46,143 bases of DNA from Ureibacillus sp. (GTDB taxonomy: Bacteria > Bacillota > Bacilli > Bacillales_A > Planococcaceae), in the NCBI GenBank assembly GCA_032083605.1, contig DAMDNS010000001.1, forward strand, positions 1 through 46,143, written 5' to 3'. The position numbers and the translations under genes are program-made. Positions 29,837 to 38,234 of the stretch are shown here, one piece after another. How positions within the stretch are numbered: position 1 is the first letter of the stretch; each line of letters begins with the position of its first letter. The notes beneath the pieces are model-generated. The model was not told where the DNA came from, ran no database searches, and saw nothing but the letters and a program-made list of their open reading frames with translations.

Positions 29837-31017
29837 CCACCAATCAACTCCTTCAAGCTTTCCGATCCTTCATGAATTTCAGGTGATGAAGAAGCAGGTT
29901 CTTCGTCTCCCCAGATTGTGTCATACACGATATCAACAATATTTGCACGAGTAACCAACCCGACTAAGCGGTGCTCCTCATCGACGACAGGGATATTTTT
30001 TAAGTTACGCTTTAGAATTCTGCGGACAGAATCCTGTAGTTTAGAACCAGTTTTTACGTAGAAGACGTCTTTTTCATAGCATTCGGAAACACTTTTCTTC
30101 GTCTTACGTGCACCTGTAAAGCTTTCTACATCTAAATATCCTTGTAGTCGATTGTCGCCATCAGTTACAAATAGCGTATCAACTCGTTTTTCTACCATTA
30201 AACGAATGGCTTCATCGAGACTTTTTTCAATTGTGATCGAAATTGGCTTTATCATTACTTCATCTACCGTTTTTACATTTGGTTTTTGTTGAATGAGGCG
30301 ATGGGATCCGATAAATTCCTTAACAAATTCATTAGCAGGGGCTGCTAAAATATTATCAGGGGTATCAAATTGAATGAGCTTCCCTTCATGCATAATCGCA
30401 ATTCGGTCTGCTAGTTTAATAGCTTCATCCATGTCATGGGTGACGAAAATGACTGTTTTATTTAGTCGTTGCTGAATATCTTTGATCAGATCTTGTAGTG
30501 TATCTCTTGTAATAGGGTCAAGCGCACCAAAAGGTTCATCCATCAAGATAATGTCCTGGTTTGCTGCCAGCGCGCGTAGTACTCCGATGCGCTGCTGCTG
30601 ACCACCTGAAAGTTGAGCTGGGTAATAATCTAAGTAGGATTGTGGTAAATTGACAAGTTCGATTAAGCGGCGAGCCGTTTCGTCTTTCTTCTCTTTCGAC
30701 CATTTCAATAGATGGGGAACTAACGTGATATTATCCCGTATTGTCATATGTGGCATTAAACCGATTTGCTGAATTACATAACCAATACTTCTCCTCAAAG
30801 TAACGGCATTCATCTTGGTCAGGTCTTTTCCATTCAATGTCATCTTTCCGCTTGTGGGTTCGACCATTCGGTTAATCATCCTCAACGCAGTTGTCTTACC
30901 ACTTCCACTTGTACCAATGAAAGCAATAAACTCTCCTTCTTGGATATCAAGGTTTAGCTTATCAACCGCAACTTTGCCACCTCGATACACCTTCGTTAAA
31001 TTTTCTATTTTCAACAT
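29833..31017 (-). CDS. opuCA: Osmoprotectant ABC transporter ATPase with tandem CBS domains
   Basis: [27 protein letters not shown] and a C-terminal CBS pair. Start MLKIENL at 31017. Confidence 0.92.
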   Translation of the reverse strand: MLKIENLTKVYRGGKVAVDKLNLDIQEGEFIAFIGTSGSGKTTALRMINRMVEPTSGKMTLNGKDLTKMNAVTLRRSIGYVIQQIGLMPHMTIRDNITLVPHLLKWSKEKKDETARRLIELVNLPQSYLDYYPAQLSGGQQQRIGVLRALAANQDIILMDEPFGALDPITRDTLQDLIKDIQQRLNKTVIFVTHDMDEAIKLADRIAIMHEGKLIQFDTPDNILAAPANEFVKEFIGSHRLIQQKPNVKTVDEVMIKPISITIEKSLDEAIRLMVEKRVDTLFVTDGDNRLQGYLDVESFTGARKTKKSVSECYEKDVFYVKTGSKLQDSVRRILKRNLKNIPVVDEEHRLVGLVTRANIVDIVYDTIWGDEEPASSSPEIHEGSESLKELIGG

Positions 31018-31165
31018 AGTTTTAATCACCTTCCTGCCTTTAATGTTACACGGAATTCCGAAAGAATCAAAGAAATAGATTCATTGCAATACTCAAATGT
31101 GACAATTTTACGAATTTTTATCATAAATTTTGTGACATTTTATCCATGAATCTTTCAAACTATAA

Positions 31166-31190
31166 ATACCCTTCATATACTGTTCTAAAC
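31166..31190 (-). promoter_or_regulatory. SigB-type promoter of the opuC operon
   Basis: GTTTAG-N13-GGGTAT. Confidence 0.7.
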
Positions 31191-31438
31191 CTATTTGCAG
31201 CTGTTTTAAAAAAATTTATTAACAGGTAGGTCGGCACCTAGTTATCCGAATATTTAAATTTTAAGGGGTTGACAGAAAAAAGTAATTTTATGAAGAAAAA
31301 ATGGTACTAATTCTAGAATTATGCCTCCTTTTACTCAAGTTACCTTAGGATAATATGTCCATTTTTTTGAAAATATTTAAAATGATAACTATTATAAGAT
31401 ATTATTAGCTTAATAAACAAAAGGAGGAAAATATTTTC

Positions 31439-34171
31439 ATGAGTAAAAAGAGAACAACCAGGAGGCTTTCTTCTTTGGTCCTCGCATCTTTCTTAATCTG
31501 TTCAACCCTATTAACCGGTCTGCCCAAACAGACGCTTGCAAATACAGCAGCACAAGAGGATGTTTTAGCTGATGATTCTTCTCTGGTTAATGTTGAAGCA
31601 ACAAATATGAATCTATCAGGTCAAGAAAATACATATGATGTTCTTACCCCTGGTCAAAATTACCTTCTTCGTTTCAATGAAAAATACATAAATAATCGTA
31701 TAACAATTTCAAATGCTGCAGAGCTAATTGGTGTGGCAACCTCAGAAAAAACGCTTGAGATTACGATTGGACAAGACATTCTATCCATCGATAAAAATCA
31801 AGTAGAAATAATCAGTACTACAGAAAAAGCTGCCAATACTGTAATTGACGAAATAGCAACAAAAGAGTCCTTTACTATTTATACGGACAGCCAAATGACG
31901 ATTCCTATGGTTACTGGTACAAGCTCCATGAGATTTAATGCTCTTGAAAAATCAAGCAATCTGTACATTATTGAAGTAGCGAATACCATAGGCTACTTAC
32001 CAATTAGTGCAACCGAGATTAGCGAGACCGCATCAAATAGCTACACAGCCTCTATCATCGCTGATGGGGATTTACTTTCTACAGCTGGTTTAGTTGTGGG
32101 TACTATCCATCAAAGTCATACCAGTTATGCTGTAGAACCAACGTCTGATCCATCTAAGGTGAAGATTACAATCGGGAACGGCAAATATTTAGTGGATGCA
32201 TCATCAGTTTCAACTACTAATCAACCGGTCGCAGCACAAGTCTCAGATCGCAAAGATATTATTCAATTAAAAGAAAACAGCACGATTTATTCAGATAGTA
32301 ATCTAACTAATGCAGTAGTCTCGCTCTCTCAATCTACTAGAATGAGCATACTTGGAATTAGCGGAAGCAACTACGAGGTCCAGGTTGGACAAACTATTGG
32401 CTACGTCCCGATTTCATCGACGACAGGATTGTTTACAGTTCAGCTTAAAGCCAATGCCAAAATCTTTGCAGACACTAGTAAAACAAAGGTGTTGGCAAAC
32501 AATACAAATTCTTCAACTGTATACACGGTTTCAAGGACCGAGGATAATAACCTTTTTCAAGTTACTATCGGGAATATCAATTATTATATAGAGTATTCTG
32601 ATTTAATATTCACCGAGGATTCTACCTCCTTACTAGAAGAATCTCGTACTGATAGACTCTTAACAAAGTCAGGCTTTATTTTATACAAAGATGCAAGCAA
32701 GAAAACCGCTTTAGTAAAAAATGGCCGAGCTAACCAAAAGTTTGTAGTTGCCGGCACAACCGGACAATTTTATAAGGTTTACTTCGGAGGCACAGTTGCC
32801 TATTTACCTGTCGGCTATACAACAGGCTTTGGCTCTAAAAAAGAAATTTCAACTACCGGGAGCTCTACTTTATATAAAAAAGTAAAAGATAAGTACTATG
32901 CCCTTGGAACACTAAAAAATGGGTTTACTTTTGTTCCCACTTCATCAAATACGAAGTACTACTTATTCACAAAAGATAACGTAACCTATGCGGTTGCGAA
33001 AAGTGCAGCAGTGCCAACAAATAAATCCTTAACTTTATCAGCAAAGCAAAAGGCAGCCTTCCCTATTGCTTTAATGACAGAAAAAAATATTGCCGTATAT
33101 GATGCCAAAGGAAATCATATTGGAGCACTTTATAATGCTAAGGGTGTGGATTTACTAGGCATTTCTAAAAGTAATGGAAGAGCCATTATCAATTTTATGG
33201 GACAACAAGCTCAAGTAAAATTCGAAGAGCTTTACCACAAAGATATTGTAAATGGAAAATCAACGATCTCTTATTCGAAAATGTCATATTATATCGAGGT
33301 ATTATCTCTGTTATACCCAGAATTCACAAAACGCGAGATTATTGGCTATTCAGCTGAAGGTCGTGCAATTTATGGCCTGCGTGTAGGGACTGGGGAAAAA
33401 GAAATATTAATGGATGCAGCCTTCCATGCACGTGAACATATGACAACCAATGTATTATTAGAAATGATGGACACTTATAGTTTCGCATTTAATCGCAACG
33501 CGGTCTTCAGCAGCTGGGATGTAAGAAATACATTAAACAAGGTATCCATCTGGTTCTTGCCGATGATGAATCCTGATGGTGTTACACTTGTTCAACAAGG
33601 AATCAGTGCACTCAAAAACCCGGCTAATATCAGCTATGCCAAGGCCTATGCAAAAAATGGGTCATTTAAAAGCTGGAAAGCCAATGGTCGAGGCGTGGAT
33701 TTAAATCGAAATTTCGGCGGTGTAAGCTGGGAGAAAATCGATTCTAAAAAAGGCTATCAAAACTACAAAGGCCCAAAACCATTCTCTGAACCAGAAACAC
33801 AGGCCTTTGTGGATTTTGTAAATACTCATAATTTCAAAACAAATGTTTCTTATCACTCATCAGGCAGCATCATTTACTGGGGTGGGGTTCAAACAGCGAG
33901 CGAACTGGAACGGGATCGTAAGCTTGTAAATAAAATAGCCAATTTAACAGGCTATAATCCGATTAGACCTAAAGGGGCTGCCTATAATTATAAATACGGC
34001 TCCGGCAACTCCACTTCTTGGATTATTAAAGAAAAACGCATTCCTGCAATTACCATTGAAATTGCAACATACCAAGGTGAAGTACCTGTCGCTTTAAGCC
34101 AATGGAATGCCACTTGGAATAAAAACAAAACAGTCGGTTTACATGCAGCTAAGGAAGCAGCAGCACGCTAA
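31439..34171 (+). CDS. Large secreted M14 zinc peptidase (gamma-D-Glu-mDAP endopeptidase I-like) with N-terminal SH3-like repeats
   Basis: Signal peptide; C-terminal M14 motifs IGYSAEGR.I, HARE, PMMNPDG, WKANGRGVDLNRNF, SEPE, SYHS, TIE; repeated beta-rich units in the N-terminal region. Confidence 0.85.
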   Translation: MSKKRTTRRLSSLVLASFLICSTLLTGLPKQTLANTAAQEDVLADDSSLVNVEATNMNLSGQENTYDVLTPGQNYLLRFNEKYINNRITISNAAELIGVATSEKTLEITIGQDILSIDKNQVEIISTTEKAANTVIDEIATKESFTIYTDSQMTIPMVTGTSSMRFNALEKSSNLYIIEVANTIGYLPISATEISETASNSYTASIIADGDLLSTAGLVVGTIHQSHTSYAVEPTSDPSKVKITIGNGKYLVDASSVSTTNQPVAAQVSDRKDIIQLKENSTIYSDSNLTNAVVSLSQSTRMSILGISGSNYEVQVGQTIGYVPISSTTGLFTVQLKANAKIFADTSKTKVLANNTNSSTVYTVSRTEDNNLFQVTIGNINYYIEYSDLIFTEDSTSLLEESRTDRLLTKSGFILYKDASKKTALVKNGRANQKFVVAGTTGQFYKVYFGGTVAYLPVGYTTGFGSKKEISTTGSSTLYKKVKDKYYALGTLKNGFTFVPTSSNTKYYLFTKDNVTYAVAKSAAVPTNKSLTLSAKQKAAFPIALMTEKNIAVYDAKGNHIGALYNAKGVDLLGISKSNGRAIINFMGQQAQVKFEELYHKDIVNGKSTISYSKMSYYIEVLSLLYPEFTKREIIGYSAEGRAIYGLRVGTGEKEILMDAAFHAREHMTTNVLLEMMDTYSFAFNRNAVFSSWDVRNTLNKVSIWFLPMMNPDGVTLVQQGISALKNPANISYAKAYAKNGSFKSWKANGRGVDLNRNFGGVSWEKIDSKKGYQNYKGPKPFSEPETQAFVDFVNTHNFKTNVSYHSSGSIIYWGGVQTASELERDRKLVNKIANLTGYNPIRPKGAAYNYKYGSGNSTSWIIKEKRIPAITIEIATYQGEVPVALSQWNATWNKNKTVGLHAAKEAAAR

Positions 34172-34176
34172 CAATT

Positions 34177-34455
34177 GAGGCTAGGACAAAACCCAAAAAC
34201 ACCATTTTCGAGAAAATGGTGTTTTTTCGGTGTGCGAAAAAAAGGATTTCGTTTTCGCGTACGCTTTTTCGCGGGCACGGCCCTGAGCCTGTAGTCTTAG
34301 GCGTCGTACTATTCCCGCAGGAAGCTCCGCTCTGTAGCGAATGACGCAGTCGACAGCTACACTCGACCCTCCACTGCAATCAATTTAGAAAGCATCAAAT
34401 TCTTATTATAATTTCCCTCTAATTTTCATAGAATTTCTACATATGTTCCAGCCTC
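34177..34455. mobile_element. MITE-like / interspersed palindromic repeat element (about 280 bp)
   Basis: Imperfect terminal inverted repeats GAGGCTAGGACAAAA / rc GAGGCTGGAACATAT. The GC-rich, hairpin-rich interior (CGCTTTTTCGCGGGCA...TCCCGCAGGA...GCAATCAA) resembles common Bacillaceae intergenic repeats. No transposase. Confidence 0.6.
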
Positions 34456-34482
34456 TTTCTAGAAAGAAGTCCCCTTTCACCG

Positions 34483-35460
34483 TCAGTCTACGCCTAATGT
34501 TACTCCCTGCTCCTTTAAATATTTTCGATAGGCAATGCTTAACCGGTCAAATTTAAGGGAGAGCTCGACCTGCAGATCAAGAGGCAATTCCTCTGGTTTC
34601 TGATTTTCCACAATCGGCTTGTCCTGATAGAAAATTGTATTTTGGAATTCAATCGCCTCCTCATCTGTTTGTCCAATATCATAATTGAAGGATTCCACTC
34701 CAAAGGCGATGCAGTCACATTCACCCACAGGAAGTACAGTCATAAACATCGAAAATTCGTGATTTGTAGAGGGATCCCGTTTTGTAAAGCGTGCCGTGAT
34801 TGGATTTAACACTTCATATGTATAAAGTACATCCTTTGAAATACCCGTCCCATCTGCATTGGGCTGGAAGACAATAATCTCGTCCGTAAAAATTCTTCCA
34901 TCTTGTACATGTACCTTATAATCACTGATTTCCGGCTTCACTTGAACACCTAAAAACCCTTCATGAACAAAAGCTAAATGACTTACATCCAGGAAGTTTT
35001 CAATAATACGGGGAGGATTTGCTTTTACAGCTTGGGGTCCCCAAATGATATTCCGATAATTTACATCTTGAAATTCAGGATAATCAAATAACGGAGGCTC
35101 GTTATTGTTCAAATTTACCCAAACAAAACCATAGGAGACCATACAGCCATAAGAAATGGCTCTCGCTTTGGAAGTAATAGCTGCTCCTTCCGGCAACTGA
35201 GGTATCTTCACGCATTCACCACTGGAGTTATATTCCCACCCATGATATGGACATACCAAACAGCCATTCTTCACCTTTCCTAATGATAAGGCCGTCCCAC
35301 GATGGATACATAAATCCTTGAACGCATGAATCCCTTCTTCATTCTTAAAAAGGACAACCCGTTCACCAAGTATTGTTACTTGCAACGGTTCATCCTTCAC
35401 ATCCTCATCTCTACAAGCCGCAATCCAGCCATTTCGAAGCACCCGGTCTTCAATTACCAT
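34483..35460 (-). CDS. Rieske non-heme iron oxygenase alpha subunit (VanA/NdmA-like demethylase family)
   Basis: Rieske CIHRG...CPYHGW; mononuclear Fe site ENFLDVSHLAFVH; QDKPIVENQ. Confidence 0.9.
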   Translation of the reverse strand: MVIEDRVLRNGWIAACRDEDVKDEPLQVTILGERVVLFKNEEGIHAFKDLCIHRGTALSLGKVKNGCLVCPYHGWEYNSSGECVKIPQLPEGAAITSKARAISYGCMVSYGFVWVNLNNNEPPLFDYPEFQDVNYRNIIWGPQAVKANPPRIIENFLDVSHLAFVHEGFLGVQVKPEISDYKVHVQDGRIFTDEIIVFQPNADGTGISKDVLYTYEVLNPITARFTKRDPSTNHEFSMFMTVLPVGECDCIAFGVESFNYDIGQTDEEAIEFQNTIFYQDKPIVENQKPEELPLDLQVELSLKFDRLSIAYRKYLKEQGVTLGVD

Positions 35461-35642
35461 TGGTCCCACACCTTTCTATTTTAGTAGTTGGGACAATTAT
35501 AATACGAAAATTCTGTAAATTTAATAGACAAATCCTACAAAAATAGTTATAAGGGCTAAGGTTTTTAATAGTAGCTGGTATCGGGAAGTTTTTTCGATGA
35601 CCCAAAGCATATAAAAAGTAATCGCATCGCGCATCGAGAAAG

Positions 35643-36482
35643 CTAAACTTTAAAATCGGAGCCCTCCAACATTTCACGCGAAGACGTTCTATATAATAGC
35701 CGTTGATTGTTTATTCCCTTATTTTCTATATAAGAACGGACAATTCTATACCCCAGACAATAGCCAATCCATTTTGGAAGTCCTATGCTTTCATCCCCAT
35801 ACAAAAACGGAAAATGGTTATCCACACCTTTTACATTTAGGAATCGAATGAAGAATTTTTTCCACAGCTCTACACACTTTTCCTGTGGGTATCTTTTGGT
35901 CCAGGGGGATAACTGGCTCTCACCATACGACTCCTCCACAGCACATTCGGCCATTCCTTCAATTAGTAAAGTTTCTAGCAAGCAGATTTCATGAGGTGGT
36001 TCATTTAAAAACGACAGTCTGCAGATATGGTGATACTCATGGGCAAGCAATGCTTTTAGATCGTCCGGGTCAATCTCAGCAGCGATAAAAAGAAATAGGA
36101 CATTTTGATAGGAAACCCCGTTTTTTTTCACTTCATCCCCGTCTATTATTGGTCGATTCTTTGTCAGCGGATAAATGAAAATAGGCACATCTGGTCCATC
36201 CCATAGTTTTTTTAACTGTTCAAATTCACCTTGAACCACTTCCCACACTTGCATTTTTTCAAGCTCCTTCAGAATGCCTTCTATTTCAGCACTTTCAAAC
36301 GGATTAAATAGTCCCCTTGTTAATAACTCTCCCTGAATTTGTTCCTTAGTAGCTTGTGGATAAAATCCCTTTAATGGGGTACAAAGCACTTCTCGATGAA
36401 TTTCTATCAACTTATCCCCAACTAGTTTTTTGGCCATTTCTTGTAATCTATACAAATCCGGCAATGTTTGAACAACTGACAT
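35643..36482 (-). CDS. DUF2268 (YjaZ-like) predicted Zn-dependent protease
   Basis: AHEYHH..R, EGMAE.AV, PKWIGY..GY.IV. Confidence 0.85.
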   Translation of the reverse strand: MSVVQTLPDLYRLQEMAKKLVGDKLIEIHREVLCTPLKGFYPQATKEQIQGELLTRGLFNPFESAEIEGILKELEKMQVWEVVQGEFEQLKKLWDGPDVPIFIYPLTKNRPIIDGDEVKKNGVSYQNVLFLFIAAEIDPDDLKALLAHEYHHICRLSFLNEPPHEICLLETLLIEGMAECAVEESYGESQLSPWTKRYPQEKCVELWKKFFIRFLNVKGVDNHFPFLYGDESIGLPKWIGYCLGYRIVRSYIENKGINNQRLLYRTSSREMLEGSDFKV

Positions 36483-36618
36483 CTATCTTTCCCCCAGCCT
36501 TAGTTCTATTTATTCTTCTAATTTATTTTGTAAGAAGGGTATGTTTTAGTCTCTTAACATGTGTCAAAAAAATATATTTTCATATATTGATGATTAGTCT
36601 AATAAAAAAGGAGGGAAA

Positions 36619-36873
36619 ATGATGCATCCAAGAGAAACATACGAGCTTTGCAACCGTCATATGGGCAAAAAAGTTCGCATTACAGAAAAAAATGGCCGCC
36701 GTCATGTCGGTACAATCACTAGAGTTAATCGAGATATGGTTTGGATTATGCCAGAACGTGGATTTGGTGGTTTTGGACTGGGATTCTGGGGCTTTGGCGG
36801 AAGCGGACTAGGGATTGGAATCGCCATTGGTGCCATTGCTGGAATCGCATTAGCAGGCGCTTTTTGGTGGTAA
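36619..36873 (+). CDS. Small Gly/Phe-rich protein, probably spore-coat associated
   Basis: AAGGAGGG RBS; C...GK.V.I....GR.H.G.I.RV followed by a GFGGFGLGFWG tail and a hydrophobic end. Confidence 0.65.
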   Translation: MMHPRETYELCNRHMGKKVRITEKNGRRHVGTITRVNRDMVWIMPERGFGGFGLGFWGFGGSGLGIGIAIGAIAGIALAGAFWW

Positions 36874-36968
36874 TTTGATATTAGAAAACTTGGCCTATCG
36901 AAAAGACCGATAGCCCTAAGCCTAGATGCACTTATGCGGATAAGAATGGTTTATACTTTCTTATCCGT

Positions 36969-37016
36969 TAAAAAAGAATCTACTTTGGAGACATACTCCA
37001 GAATAGATTCTTTTTG
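36969..37016. terminator. Bidirectional terminator
   Basis: AAAAAAGAATCTA..TGGAG-acata-CTCCA..TAGATTCTTTTT. Confidence 0.75.
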
Positions 37017-37020
37017 TTGC

Positions 37021-37353
37021 CTATTTATTTAACGTATCGTTTTCAGCGACATACTTCAATTTTGCCAATTTGTTATACCAGAATTTTTCATAGTAAGCTA
37101 GCCAATCCTTTAATTCCTTCAAGGGTTCGGGCTGTAGGTGATAGATTTTTTCTCTGCCATTCTTCTCACCGCGGACTAATCCTGCTTCTGCTAAAACATT
37201 GAGATGCTTTACAACAGCTGTTCGACTCACTTCAAAATGGGATGTCAGTTCAGCAATGGATTGATTTTTTTCCGAAAGGAGATGCAGCACTTCTCTCCTC
37301 GTTGGATCAGCTATCGCCTGAAACACATCGGCCTTTTGCAGCTCGGCAGCCAC
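37021..37353 (-). CDS. ArsR/SmtB-family transcriptional regulator
   Basis: DVFQAIADPTRR...SRTAVVKHLNVLAEAGLV....GRE..Y.L. Confidence 0.92.
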   Translation of the reverse strand: MAAELQKADVFQAIADPTRREVLHLLSEKNQSIAELTSHFEVSRTAVVKHLNVLAEAGLVRGEKNGREKIYHLQPEPLKELKDWLAYYEKFWYNKLAKLKYVAENDTLNK

Positions 37354-37782
37354 TTACGCTTCAACCAATTGTTTTAATTTCTGAACAATCCCTGCCCAGC
37401 CTAGATTCATATTATCACGAATTGCCGATTGTGGACGTTGTGCTTTAGGTACGATAGCATTAGCCTCTTTCCAGCCACCATGAATTACTGTAAATTCTGT
37501 TTCATTTCCCATTTCTTTTAGAAGGAAGGTTAACCCCCAGCCATCCGTATCCCATTGAATCGAAATTTTTGTTGGCTCTTCGATTTCAATTACTTTACAT
37601 GGAGATGGACCGAATGGAGATTGGATTGTAAATTCGTGGCCAACCTCTAATTTGAAATCGCTCGGCATAAACCATTCCGCAATCCCTTCAGCTGTTGATA
37701 CATAACCCCAAACCTTTTGAATAGGTGCATCTATCGATACTGTTTGTATAATATCCGGCAGATTTTTTTGCTCGTTTGTCAT
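37354..37782 (-). CDS. SRPBCC/AHSA1-family protein (YndB-like)
   Basis: IDAPIQKVW..VST.EGIA.WFMP.DF; cotranscribed with the ArsR gene. Confidence 0.88.
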   Translation of the reverse strand: MTNEQKNLPDIIQTVSIDAPIQKVWGYVSTAEGIAEWFMPSDFKLEVGHEFTIQSPFGPSPCKVIEIEEPTKISIQWDTDGWGLTFLLKEMGNETEFTVIHGGWKEANAIVPKAQRPQSAIRDNMNLGWAGIVQKLKQLVEA

Positions 37783-37809
37783 GTTGTTGGTGCTCCTTAT
37801 TTTAAAATA

Positions 37810-37856
37810 TAACCTATAGGTGTTACATAACGATTATATATAACTTAAAGGTGTTA
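37810..37856. promoter_or_regulatory. Twin ArsR-type operator sites
   Basis: TAACCTATAGGTGTTA (37810) and TAACTTAAAGGTGTTA (37841), 31 bp apart, upstream of the SRPBCC-ArsR operon. Confidence 0.6.
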
Positions 37857-37874
37857 TGTCAAACATGATAAATG

Positions 37875-38111
37875 CTAAAAAATAAAAGTAAATATCGCAA
37901 ATAGTAAAGGCATGATGGTTAAAATAAAGCCTATTTTCGTTAATTTCTTAATAAATAAGAACACGACTCCTATAATCCAAAGGACAACAAAAAAGAGATC
38001 ATCGTATACAACGCGCTCAATGCCCCCTCTTTCCAATATAGGTATGGAAATGAAAAAAGCAAAAATGGCTGTCCATACAATATGTATGATTCTATATACT
38101 TTAAAAAACAT
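37875..38111 (-). CDS. Hypothetical small membrane protein (3 TM)
   Basis: GGGAGGA RBS; hydrophobic 78-aa ORF. Confidence 0.65.
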   Translation of the reverse strand: MFFKVYRIIHIVWTAIFAFFISIPILERGGIERVVYDDLFFVVLWIIGVVFLFIKKLTKIGFILTIMPLLFAIFTFIF

Positions 38112-38234
38112 AATATCCTCCCTTTCCTATTTAATTACTAACGTTTTCATGCACAGAAAAGATTCTTCATACAGTATTCTAAACAATCCTCTAACCTTTA
38201 TAAACAGGGTGTCATATAATATCTGATTAAAGGG

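Noticed and set aside
34149..34379. 76-aa minus-strand ORF
   Set aside because: It lies within the GC-rich repeat element; the open frame is explained by base composition.
36893..36968. Extra hairpins downstream of the Gly-rich small gene as an sRNA
   Set aside because: No promoter or recognisable family; adequately explained as 3' UTR structure before a bidirectional terminator.
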